From NCBI GenBank assembly GCA_947311115.1, contig CAMZKE010000029.1:10385-74384 (forward strand): DNA of 64,000 nucleotides, given 5' to 3'. Below the pieces are notes generated by a model, which was not told the origin of the DNA, did no database searches, and was given only the letters and a program-made list of their open reading frames with translations. Positions 18,979 through 28,323 of the stretch are shown here, piece after piece (within the stretch, counting starts at the first letter, position 1; each line of letters begins with the position of its first letter). The DNA is from an uncultured Bacteroidales bacterium. Its GTDB lineage: Bacteria; Bacteroidota; Bacteroidia; Bacteroidales; JAFGXI01. The translations under genes were made by a program, and so were the position numbers.

Positions 18979-19857
18979 TTACAGTTTGTAACCGTATTTT
19001 TGTGCTAAAGTATTACAAATATTTTTGAGTTTTGTCTTGTCAACATTATTCCAGTCTTTGTATTTTGCTACATTTCCTGAGGTTTGAATATTAGATTTTT
19101 TATTTAATCTTTTAGAAATCTTAGATTCGTTAACAGAAATCTCCATAAAACTCATAAGGTTTTTAACATTTTCTAAGTTTAATTCATTAAAATTAAACGA
19201 ATAAAATCTATTAGAATCAATATTTTGCGAGAAATTTTCAATAAAAGAATTTGTTTCATTCCATAACCACGAAATTTTTGTAATAGAATCAGAATTATGC
19301 CAATCTAAATTCATTTTATTTGTTGGAGTAATTAATTTCTGATTTAAATTACTGTCCTCTTTATACCAATTTCGTCTTAAGCCAGAGCGTACAAATTCAC
19401 CTGGATGACGATATAAATGTACAAATTTACTGTTAGGAAAAATTTCACTTAATGCGTATGCAAAAAATGTTATATGATTGTTTGTTTCAACAAATCTTTT
19501 TTCTGTTTTATATGCGTATCTTAAATGTTGTTCCCTACCTGTAAGGAAAATTTCTTTAATGAATGATAGCAGTATACTATTATCTAAATCACTATTATAC
19601 ATATTGTATGCATAGTTGTTTTGTATAGCAAAATCAGGGCGTTCAGAGTGTAATAGCATTAAGCTCTTATTGTTACTTAACAAATCTGTAAACCATTTAG
19701 TACCTGTTCTTCCTGTTGATAGAAAAAATATAGGAGTTTCTAATTTGTTAAAATTAGATGCTCTTAAATCGTATATTGTACCTTTTTTTTTGGGTTTCCC
19801 AAATTTATAGGTCCAATATATTTCTTCTATCGATATGTTTTTAAGTGTTGAAAACAT
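18979..19857 (-). CDS. Sulfotransferase-family protein
   Basis: 'LSTGRTGTKWF' resembles the 5'-PSB loop (xxGRSGTTxx). 'LYRHPGEFVRSGLRR' resembles the 3'-PB motif (RxPxDxxxS). Confidence 0.6.
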   Translation of the reverse strand: MFSTLKNISIEEIYWTYKFGKPKKKGTIYDLRASNFNKLETPIFFLSTGRTGTKWFTDLLSNNKSLMLLHSERPDFAIQNNYAYNMYNSDLDNSILLSFIKEIFLTGREQHLRYAYKTEKRFVETNNHITFFAYALSEIFPNSKFVHLYRHPGEFVRSGLRRNWYKEDSNLNQKLITPTNKMNLDWHNSDSITKISWLWNETNSFIENFSQNIDSNRFYSFNFNELNLENVKNLMSFMEISVNESKISKRLNKKSNIQTSGNVAKYKDWNNVDKTKLKNICNTLAQKYGYKL

Positions 19858-19880
19858 TGTTTCTCAAAAGTAAAGTATAT

Positions 19881-20645
19881 TTATCTATTATCAAAAAATA
19901 CAGAAATAATCATTTTAATATTTTTAAAAAACGATTGATTCCAATGTATTGGATGAGTTAGTAAGCAAACGGTTTGTTTTTGTTTATCAATCATTTTGTA
20001 GGGCGAGCCAGAGTGTTTCCATTCAAAATTTGCATAAATTGAGCTATCCGAAATATATGCATCAAACATTTTTGTAATGTTTACATCATAAGTTTCAAAT
20101 AAGATATTATGTTCTTTATAAAATTTATTGTCAATAATTACATGGTTTGGAGTGTCTAAAACTCTATTACGCTTGTCGCCATGCGAGCAAATTGTGTTAA
20201 TTTTAAAATAATATTTTTCAAATTTTTTAATTTCTTCTGATAAGTTTTGTGTACATATTTGCTTAACTTTATTGGTTATTTTTTCATTATTAATGATATT
20301 TTTTTGTTTTGCATAAGTAGCAAGTGTTTCAAAATGAAGCGAAACCTCAAAATTATTTTTGTGCATTTCATTCATTATTTTGCTGTTCATTGTTTTCCAA
20401 CGGAAATAAAATGTAGAGTTTGCTCCATAATGTTTTTCCAATTTATAAAAACTATAAGCCCCTTTTGCATCATAATCAACATCATGGCGAAGAATTAATA
20501 CTTTTTCATTAGTTTCTTTGTAATTGTTATACCAATCTATTAGCGATACTAATTTGTAGTTTTTTGCAATAGCATATTTTAGAATATTTTCATATTCATG
20601 GAGTCTGTTTTTTTGAAAAAGTTTTTTTGTAATTTTAGTTATCAT
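19881..20645 (-). CDS. Polysaccharide-deacetylase-like protein (tentative)
   Basis: 'LILRHDVDYD' and 'EVSLHFE' His/Asp motifs. Polysaccharide-locus context. Weak call. Confidence 0.4.
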   Translation of the reverse strand: MITKITKKLFQKNRLHEYENILKYAIAKNYKLVSLIDWYNNYKETNEKVLILRHDVDYDAKGAYSFYKLEKHYGANSTFYFRWKTMNSKIMNEMHKNNFEVSLHFETLATYAKQKNIINNEKITNKVKQICTQNLSEEIKKFEKYYFKINTICSHGDKRNRVLDTPNHVIIDNKFYKEHNILFETYDVNITKMFDAYISDSSIYANFEWKHSGSPYKMIDKQKQTVCLLTHPIHWNQSFFKNIKMIISVFFDNR

Positions 20646-21315
20646 TTTTTTGAAGTAATATTATTACACTAACAGGTATTTTAAAAAGTTTAACAAATAT
20701 ATTTTTTGAAATACTACTAAAAATTTTTGTTATATGTTTACTGCGTGGCAAAATATAAATTAGTATCCAAAAGGGAGGAAATAAATATACTATTTCTTTA
20801 TTATATTTATTACCGCTATAAAGTTTATTAATATTTTGTTCTGAAAGATATTTCCACCCAGTTGGTGCTTTTTCTGTAAAATTAGATTTAGTAATTAAAC
20901 AAATTAATCCATTATTTGTTAAAAAATTAATCCAATGATTTAATATTAATGTAGAGTTTTCAAAATTGGTGGTGTTAAAAGGCGAAAATCCTTTTGCAAA
21001 AAATAAATCTATATTTTTTGCAAAAGATAGATTTACACCATTAAGTTTCCTGAAATCAATAAAATTATATTTTCTTTTAGCTTTGTTTATAGCTGATTCA
21101 GAAAAGTCGAATCCGAAAACTTTGTATCCTAAAAATGTTAATATTGCGGAATAAAGTCCTGTGCCACAGCCTGCATCAACAACAGTATGTATTTCTTTAT
21201 TAAATATTGATTTAGATATTTTAATAAAAACTTTTGTTTTAAATTTAGTTATTATTGAAATACCTTTCCAATCTTTATTTTTGTAAAAATTATTATAATA
21301 TTCTTCTGTTGCCAT
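20635..21315 (-). CDS. Class I SAM-dependent methyltransferase
   Basis: 'VVDAGCGTGLYS' motif I, and an acidic residue after beta-2 ('VFGFDFS'). Confidence 0.7.
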   Translation of the reverse strand: MATEEYYNNFYKNKDWKGISIITKFKTKVFIKISKSIFNKEIHTVVDAGCGTGLYSAILTFLGYKVFGFDFSESAINKAKRKYNFIDFRKLNGVNLSFAKNIDLFFAKGFSPFNTTNFENSTLILNHWINFLTNNGLICLITKSNFTEKAPTGWKYLSEQNINKLYSGNKYNKEIVYLFPPFWILIYILPRSKHITKIFSSISKNIFVKLFKIPVSVIILLQKNDN

Positions 21316-22668
21316 TTAATCTATTGTTAATTTCTTAACTAAATCTTTTGCTAAAATATTTTCAGGTTTAGTATTATTTATTTCCGATAATAAATTACTG
21401 TAAAAATTATCTAAAAAACCGTTTGGATAATCAAGCTCAAATCCATTGTGCCAAAGTAAAGTAAATATACCATGAAATTGATTTATTTCAAAAATTAGAT
21501 TTTTTATGCTTTTTATTGCTTGTTTTTTATCGTATTTTTTATAGTAAAATAATGTTGTGTCCATTGCAATTAAAGGAAACTCCCAAATATTAATTGTTTT
21601 ATCATTTTGAAAATCAAATAATTTAAATGGTAAGCAAAAGGAATTTCTAAAGCCCTCGTTTTCAGCAAAACATAAGCTGGAATCATATTTCAAATTAGCA
21701 TATTCATGATTTAATATTGTACTAGGAGTATTAAAAATTAGTCTGTGCTGGCGACCTCCAAAAATATTAGTTTCAGAGTGTTTTTCAAGTTCAGTTTTCT
21801 GTTCCCTTAATCCATATTTGTTAGTTGCCGAACTAACTGTTCCGTGTAAACCAATTTCACAGTTGTTTGAATTTATTATTTTAAAAGCTTTTTTAATTTT
21901 TTTATCAGAAAAATTGTAGGTTGAATCTACGTTTTTTTGATTTTTCTTCAAAAAATAAAAACATGATTTAAAACCATTCTCTTTCTCTGTATCAATAAGC
22001 TTATCGAAACTCCAATAAGGATTGTTTTTTGAACCTGATAAATAGTTTATTAAGTATTTCAATATATCACTTTTCGATAATGTAGTTTTTGATATTCCTA
22101 AAAGTTCTTTTATTTTATATAAAAAATTTGGAAAGGTATAGTAATCAATATTATCAATATCGTGAGTTAAAAGTAATCCATAAGAATTAAATAGTTTTTT
22201 TTCAATAACATTATTACTTGTAAACGAATTTATTGCATCAGAAATAAATTTAAAATAATAATTAACAATTGGTTTCTCAATAATATTTAGTTCTTTCTGA
22301 ATTGATTTGTTATAAGGAAAACGTCCATGAAAATCACGTTCTTCTACTATTGTTTCTTGGTATCCTGAAAGTAAGTAAAATGCCGATTTTAAAATATCGT
22401 GATTAAAAATTAGATTAGAATCTTTTATTGAAAATAGCTCATTTTTGTCGTTTGTTGGAAATAAAATAGGAATTTCATTGTGTGTAAAAATATTACTTGA
22501 ATTTAGCTCTTTATCCGATAATAGAAATATTATTTTATTATTATAGTTATGTATTTCATTGTTATTTTTTAAAAAAATAAAATTATTACGAATGTCTGTT
22601 AAGTCTATTGTTAAACCTAAATGATATAAAACATAATTGATTTTATTTTCAGATAAAAATACCTTCAT
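21316..22668 (-). CDS. Hypothetical protein, deacetylase/glycoside-hydrolase-like barrel (tentative)
   Basis: 'LLLTHDIDNIDYY' and 'CEIGLHGT' resemble the neighbour 19881-20645. No firmer assignment is possible by eye. Confidence 0.35.
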   Translation of the reverse strand: MKVFLSENKINYVLYHLGLTIDLTDIRNNFIFLKNNNEIHNYNNKIIFLLSDKELNSSNIFTHNEIPILFPTNDKNELFSIKDSNLIFNHDILKSAFYLLSGYQETIVEERDFHGRFPYNKSIQKELNIIEKPIVNYYFKFISDAINSFTSNNVIEKKLFNSYGLLLTHDIDNIDYYTFPNFLYKIKELLGISKTTLSKSDILKYLINYLSGSKNNPYWSFDKLIDTEKENGFKSCFYFLKKNQKNVDSTYNFSDKKIKKAFKIINSNNCEIGLHGTVSSATNKYGLREQKTELEKHSETNIFGGRQHRLIFNTPSTILNHEYANLKYDSSLCFAENEGFRNSFCLPFKLFDFQNDKTINIWEFPLIAMDTTLFYYKKYDKKQAIKSIKNLIFEINQFHGIFTLLWHNGFELDYPNGFLDNFYSNLLSEINNTKPENILAKDLVKKLTID

Positions 22669-23861
22669 TATTTACTTATGCTTTCATATGCTTTTATTAT
22701 ATTTTTCCCGAATAAATTTGTTGAATATTTTTCTAAAATGGCTTTTTTCCCATTTTGCCCCATTTTTGTTCTTAGTTCGGGGTTATTATAAAGAATTTCT
22801 ATCTTTTCAGTAAAATCATTAACGCTATTCCATTTATGTACTAAGCCTGCATTTTCTTCATTAATTAAGTCTGCTTGAGGTTTACAGTCCGATACAAGCG
22901 ATGGGCGTTCTAAAAGCATGTATTGATACACTTTGTTTGCAATTCCAGATTCGTGTTGATCGTTTTTCTCAATAGGAGAGAGGCAAATATCGCTTGCTAT
23001 AATGTACGATGGTAATAATTTAATATCTTTCCACTCATGAAAAATAATATTGTTTTTTAGTTCTTTGCTATTAATTACCGACATAAATTCGGCTATCTCA
23101 TTCTTGTCTATAGGGCCAATTAACAGAAATTTTATATTCGGGTTTGTTTTAATAAGAATTTTTAAAGATTCAAAAACAACAAATATTCCTCGTCGTTTAG
23201 ATATTCCCCCAAAGTAAAATAGAATAAAATCATCTGGTTTTTTGTTAATAATGTTTTCAGTTATTTCAAAAGAAAGCATTTCCTTAATATTTGGTATGTT
23301 TGGATATATTTCAAATTTTGAATTGTTTAAGAAGTTGTAACGAGAAATTAATTTTTCTTTGAACCACTCGCTAAGTACAATTATTTTATCAGGGTAACTT
23401 AAAAAAGCCTTTTCTTTTTTCTTCCATTTATTAGGTTTTATAAGCAAACTATTAGGCAATTTATTCATCCATTTGTAACCTTCAACTGCAATAGGGTAGT
23501 TTTCATGTAGGTCTAAAATGAATTTAACATTAAGCCCTTTTAAAGCTATATGAGCTGCTTTGCTCAGGTATAAATCGTGTACGTGAAGTATTTCAATATT
23601 GTTAACAATAACAAATTTACGAATGTGCTTTGCCCAAAATGAAGAGTATAAATCAATAGTATTCATTAAAGCAAACATTATATCTTTATGCTTTCTATTA
23701 ATTATTATTTTTGAAATATTGTATTCCGAACTAGACTTTTGTTCATTCCCAAAATCAAAACATAAAACATTAACAGTATGATGTTCTGAAATTATTTTAC
23801 ACTCGTTATTTACTCGTATATCATTATAAAATTCGTTATCAACAACTACTCCAATATTCAT
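22668..23861 (-). CDS. Glycosyltransferase family 4 (GT-B)
   Basis: C-terminal 'HESGIANKVYQYMLLERP' (EX7E-like region). Rossmann-like halves. Start/stop coupled to its neighbours. Confidence 0.7.
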   Translation of the reverse strand: MNIGVVVDNEFYNDIRVNNECKIISEHHTVNVLCFDFGNEQKSSSEYNISKIIINRKHKDIMFALMNTIDLYSSFWAKHIRKFVIVNNIEILHVHDLYLSKAAHIALKGLNVKFILDLHENYPIAVEGYKWMNKLPNSLLIKPNKWKKKEKAFLSYPDKIIVLSEWFKEKLISRYNFLNNSKFEIYPNIPNIKEMLSFEITENIINKKPDDFILFYFGGISKRRGIFVVFESLKILIKTNPNIKFLLIGPIDKNEIAEFMSVINSKELKNNIIFHEWKDIKLLPSYIIASDICLSPIEKNDQHESGIANKVYQYMLLERPSLVSDCKPQADLINEENAGLVHKWNSVNDFTEKIEILYNNPELRTKMGQNGKKAILEKYSTNLFGKNIIKAYESISK

Positions 23862-23863
23862 AT

Positions 23864-25141
23864 TTACAAATTTAATAATTTAACCAACAAATTAGTAAGT
23901 TCTTTGCGAGAATATTTTTCAATACCATCGAAAGAGTATTTTGTTTTATCAAAATTGGAAATGAAATCTAAAATACCATCAATATCGTTAAAATCAAAAA
24001 TATTTCCTGAATTTGTTTCTTTTAGTATTTTTGCAATATCACCATCTGTAGGGCCAATTGCTAAAATTGGGTTCTTACTTGCTAAATATTCGAAAAATTT
24101 ACCAGTTAAAATTCCTTTTGCATTTGGGGTGTTATTAATAGGTAAATATAATAAATCAGCATTAAAAATATATTGAACTACTTTGTTATGTGGCAAATAT
24201 TTTACAATTTTAGTATAACTGTTAAGCTCGTATTTATTTAGCATTTCCTTTACCAATGCATCTAATTTGCCAACAAAAATAAGCTGTATTTTTTGTTCAA
24301 ATTCTTTGTTTGCTTTAATAGCTAGATTTATCGCGTTATAAAAACTTTCGTGGTTGCGGTCTTTGTTTATTGATCCAATATGTGCAATTATAAATTTATC
24401 AGACTTTTGTTTTTTGTAATTAAAAAAATCATCAGAATCGTAACCGTTTGTAATAACTGAAATGTTATTTTTACCTGTTATTTTCACAAACTCATTTTTC
24501 ATAGTTTCGCCAATAGTAACAATTTTATCGGCAGTTTGGAGTACTTTCTTTTCCAATTTATGATGAGTTTTATCTGCCCAAGTTGTGAGTTTTAGTTCTC
24601 TATAAAAATCAATATTAGTCCAGGGGTCACGAAAATCGGCAAGCCAAAAAATATTCAATTTTTTTTTTAGTTTTAACCCAATTACATTAACGCTATGAGG
24701 TGGTCCTGTTGTAATAATGGTTTTAATGTTATTATCAGAAATATATTTTTGTAAAAATTTAACCGAAGGTTTTATCCAAAACATTTTAGCATCGGGTATA
24801 AAAAAGTTTCCTCGAATAAAAAGCGAAATTTTTTGTTTTAAACTATTGTTTACTTCAGTACTATTTTCGTTTAAAAAACTTGCATTAATATTTCCTTTTT
24901 GTCCGGTAAATTTTTTGTAAAAACCCATTGGTTCCCAAATAGGTTGTTTTATTACCGTTATGTTTTCCGGAATATCTTTTAAAAGAGAAGAATCGTTTTC
25001 CGGAGATTCAGGACTTTCTACTGTGAAAATATGAAGTTCGTAGCCAAGTTTTGCCAAATATTTCGAAAATTTTAGCCATCGCTGAACTCCTGCACCTCCG
25101 GCAGGTGGCCAATAGTATGTTATTATTAAAATTTTCTTCAT
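23864..25141 (-). CDS. Glycosyltransferase family 4-like
   Basis: N-terminal 'KILIITYYWPPAGGAGVQR' is typical of GT4-type enzymes. C-terminal 'GKFFEYLASKNPIL'. Confidence 0.7.
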   Translation of the reverse strand: MKKILIITYYWPPAGGAGVQRWLKFSKYLAKLGYELHIFTVESPESPENDSSLLKDIPENITVIKQPIWEPMGFYKKFTGQKGNINASFLNENSTEVNNSLKQKISLFIRGNFFIPDAKMFWIKPSVKFLQKYISDNNIKTIITTGPPHSVNVIGLKLKKKLNIFWLADFRDPWTNIDFYRELKLTTWADKTHHKLEKKVLQTADKIVTIGETMKNEFVKITGKNNISVITNGYDSDDFFNYKKQKSDKFIIAHIGSINKDRNHESFYNAINLAIKANKEFEQKIQLIFVGKLDALVKEMLNKYELNSYTKIVKYLPHNKVVQYIFNADLLYLPINNTPNAKGILTGKFFEYLASKNPILAIGPTDGDIAKILKETNSGNIFDFNDIDGILDFISNFDKTKYSFDGIEKYSRKELTNLLVKLLNL

Positions 25142-25143
25142 TA

Positions 25144-27567
25144 TTAAAATTTAACAGTTAATTTAATGTTAATCCTGCGTCCGGTAAGGTAATTTGGTAC
25201 GGCATATTGACGGTTTCTAATATCTTTTATCCATAGGTGAGAAATTGTATTATTTATACCTAAAAGATTAAACACTTCGGCTGTTAGCCAGATATTTGTA
25301 AAATGACGGAAAAAATTGTGTTCGCTTAAATTTGATTTTTCACTTACAAAAATTTTTGTAAAACCTATGTCAACACGTTTATATGCGGGCATACGTAGAG
25401 TGTGTAAATATTTTTCAGAATCTGGAGGTCCAAAAGTTAAGCCGCTACCATAAACTAAATTTAAGTGTACTTTAAACGATGGGAATTTTGGTACATAGTC
25501 TTGAAAAAATAAGCCAAAATTAACAAGTTGGTCTGATGGGCGAGGAATATAGCCATGTCCATCGCCATCAATATCTTCTTCTGTTTTCATTAATGAAAGG
25601 CTTGCCCAGCTGTCGGTACCTGGAACAAATTCACCGTTAATTTTTAAATCTAACCCTGTAGCATAACCATGTGCATTATTATTTGCCAAATATTTTATCT
25701 GCACATTATCAACAATATATGGGTTTAAATTGTCAAGTATTTTGTAATAAATTTCTGTAATAAATTTAAATGGGCGGTTCCACATTTTAAAGTTATAGTC
25801 GCTACCAAGTACAAAGTGGATTGCTTTTTGCGATTTTACTTTTAAGTTTAGTTCGCCATTCATTTGTAAATATTCTTTGTAAAATGGTGGCTGATAGTAA
25901 ACTCCTGTGGCAAAACGGAAAACAATATCGTTATCCCAATCTGGAATTATAGAGAAACTACCTCGAGGAGATGTTAAAAACTCGTTATTAATATCGGTAT
26001 ATAAAAAGCGAACACCAAGGTTTAAGTTGAACTCTGTTTTATTTTTAAAAAATGTATAAGAGTCTTGAATAAAATAGGAGTATTTATTTACGTTTAATTT
26101 ATTTTCTGAAAAAACACTGCTGTATAAATTAACAAACTCAGGGTTATATCCAACAGTATCAGGGTAGGGTAGCGAGTAGCCAGCCGAGTCGCGAAGTTCC
26201 CATTGATTAATTTTATTTAATATATTTTCGTGTTTATATTTTAGTCCCCAATAAAGAGTGTGATTGTTGAATTTATGTTCTCCTTTATGTTCAATACCAT
26301 AAACATCGGCGTAAAATTTATTTCTTGCATGAGTTAAAAACGAACCAATTCCAATATTCATAAGCGAATCGCCTAAGTTATCAGAGCCTAAATCTTTATC
26401 AAGCTCATTTAAATAATATTGACCTAAAATATCGTAAGTTTCGCTTTCTTTAGTAGAAAAACCTGATGCAATTAATTTCAATTTTGTTTTATTATTAGGT
26501 CTGAAAGTAGTTGTAAATGCGTTGGTTACTGTTTGGAATTTATCTAATTCTTGACCATCAAAATATATTTTTAAACCTAAAGCTTCGTTTACAGTTCCAA
26601 AGCTTGTTTCACGGTCTTGGGGTATAAAATTGTATGTGTTATCGGTATAATTACCAAGATATGATATTTGCCATTTTTCGTCAAACTCATAAGCAATATA
26701 TGTTTGAATATCCCAAAAGCGTGGTTTGTATTCGCCTTTAGTATCGAGCGAACCAAGTAAATAAGCATTTGATTTGTATCTTCCTCCAATTAAATATGTA
26801 AGTTTGTGATTTTTTGATGAACCTTCGAGGTGTCCAGTTCCGCCTAATAATCCAGCTGTAACCGAACCTGCAAGTTTTCGTGGTGTTTTGTATTTAATAT
26901 CAAGTACCGACGACATTTTATCGCCATACATTGCCTCAAAACCTCCAGCTGAAAATTCTACGGATTTAACTAAGTCAGGGTTTATAAAGCTAAGTCCTTC
27001 TTGTTCGCCCGATTTTACAAGTTGTGGGCGGTAAATCTCTATATTATTAACATAAACCAAGTTTTCGTCAAAATTTCCACCACGCACAGTATATTGCGAG
27101 CTTAATTCGTTATTTGACGAAACTCCCGGCAGGGTTTTTATTAACGACTCTATTCCGCTTCCTGTACTTGGTATTATTTCGTATTTTTTTGAGTCTAAGC
27201 GAGTTATTCCTCGTTGGCGTTTTTCTTTATCCTCAACAGTGGCTTCGCCAATCATTGTGTAATTTGTGTTTAGGTTTTTGCTAATAGTTTTTGTTTGGTT
27301 TGGTTTTAGGTTTACTATTAATGTTTCTGGTGTGAACTCAATATGTGAAATAATAACAGTTAAATTTGTGTTTGCAGGTACTTTAATTTTATATTTACCG
27401 TATTGGTTTGTTGTTGTTCCTTTTTTTGTTTCTTTAATTACAATATTTGCAAAATCAATTGGTGTACCATCTTTACTTTTTAATGTACCTTTTATAGTGG
27501 CTGTTTCTTGCGAAAACCCGATTGAAAAATTAAAAACTAATATTAAGAATATTATTTCTTTTATCAT
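25144..27567 (-). CDS. TonB-dependent-receptor-like outer-membrane barrel with N-terminal carboxypeptidase-regulatory-like domain
   Basis: Signal peptide. 'ATIKGTLKSKDGTPIDFANIVI' (CarboxypepD_reg). Plug-like 'YTVRGGNFDENLVYVNNIEIY'. Terminal beta-strand ends in Phe ('INIKLTVKF'). Confidence 0.75.
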   Translation of the reverse strand: MIKEIIFLILVFNFSIGFSQETATIKGTLKSKDGTPIDFANIVIKETKKGTTTNQYGKYKIKVPANTNLTVIISHIEFTPETLIVNLKPNQTKTISKNLNTNYTMIGEATVEDKEKRQRGITRLDSKKYEIIPSTGSGIESLIKTLPGVSSNNELSSQYTVRGGNFDENLVYVNNIEIYRPQLVKSGEQEGLSFINPDLVKSVEFSAGGFEAMYGDKMSSVLDIKYKTPRKLAGSVTAGLLGGTGHLEGSSKNHKLTYLIGGRYKSNAYLLGSLDTKGEYKPRFWDIQTYIAYEFDEKWQISYLGNYTDNTYNFIPQDRETSFGTVNEALGLKIYFDGQELDKFQTVTNAFTTTFRPNNKTKLKLIASGFSTKESETYDILGQYYLNELDKDLGSDNLGDSLMNIGIGSFLTHARNKFYADVYGIEHKGEHKFNNHTLYWGLKYKHENILNKINQWELRDSAGYSLPYPDTVGYNPEFVNLYSSVFSENKLNVNKYSYFIQDSYTFFKNKTEFNLNLGVRFLYTDINNEFLTSPRGSFSIIPDWDNDIVFRFATGVYYQPPFYKEYLQMNGELNLKVKSQKAIHFVLGSDYNFKMWNRPFKFITEIYYKILDNLNPYIVDNVQIKYLANNNAHGYATGLDLKINGEFVPGTDSWASLSLMKTEEDIDGDGHGYIPRPSDQLVNFGLFFQDYVPKFPSFKVHLNLVYGSGLTFGPPDSEKYLHTLRMPAYKRVDIGFTKIFVSEKSNLSEHNFFRHFTNIWLTAEVFNLLGINNTISHLWIKDIRNRQYAVPNYLTGRRINIKLTVKF

Positions 27568-27669
27568 ATATTATATAAAGTTTCAAAAATAAATAAAGAT
27601 ATTGTTGTTAACGAATTTATTTTGGAATTAGTGTATGTATGAAATATTGTTGTTATTATATCAAATTTA

Positions 27670-28323
27670 TTATTTTTTTGTTTCTTTTTTATGAATAAAA
27701 TCGAACGGAAATAATTTTACCCTAAACACATAAATAGGAGAGGTAAAGTGTTCTTTTATATTTGGATTTCCCAGTAACATTATTCTATAGCCTGTACCTG
27801 CACCAACACCTATGCCTTTAAATAGTTTGTACATTCCGTTAATATTTGCTTCGTAAATTATAATAAAACTATTATCAATAATTTGTTTGTTATTGTTTTG
27901 GTTGTATTTTAAATAACTATATCCGCCACCAAGTTGTATGGGTAAATTAAATTCCCATTTTTTGTTCTTGAAAAAAACATAATCGGCAAAAACTGATAAA
28001 TATTCCAAGTGTAATTTAGTTGTAACAGTTTTGTCTGTATTGTTTTCGGTAATTTGTCTGTTAATATAAAAGTTTGAACGTAAAAAGCTAAAGCTCAGCC
28101 CTAACCTTATTTTTTTTTGATAATCTAATCCTATTTTTACACTTGAAATTTGTGCCCGTTTGTTTGATATAAAAGAGTTTCTTGAATCGAACCGGAATGT
28201 GAGTTTTGGTCTTTCTTTCATTGCTAAACTAATATCTTCAAAAAACTCATCTTTTTGTGAAAAAAGATTGTTTATTGAAAGCAATAGTATAATTAAAACA
28301 ATGTATTTGGCTTTATTCTTCAT
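27670..28323 (-). CDS. Secreted beta-rich protein (possible small OM barrel), unknown function
   Basis: Signal peptide 'LLLLSINNLFSQ'. Alternating hydrophobic pattern. 11-nt overlap with the upstream MORN gene. Confidence 0.4.
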   Translation of the reverse strand: MKNKAKYIVLIILLLSINNLFSQKDEFFEDISLAMKERPKLTFRFDSRNSFISNKRAQISSVKIGLDYQKKIRLGLSFSFLRSNFYINRQITENNTDKTVTTKLHLEYLSVFADYVFFKNKKWEFNLPIQLGGGYSYLKYNQNNNKQIIDNSFIIIYEANINGMYKLFKGIGVGAGTGYRIMLLGNPNIKEHFTSPIYVFRVKLFPFDFIHKKETKK

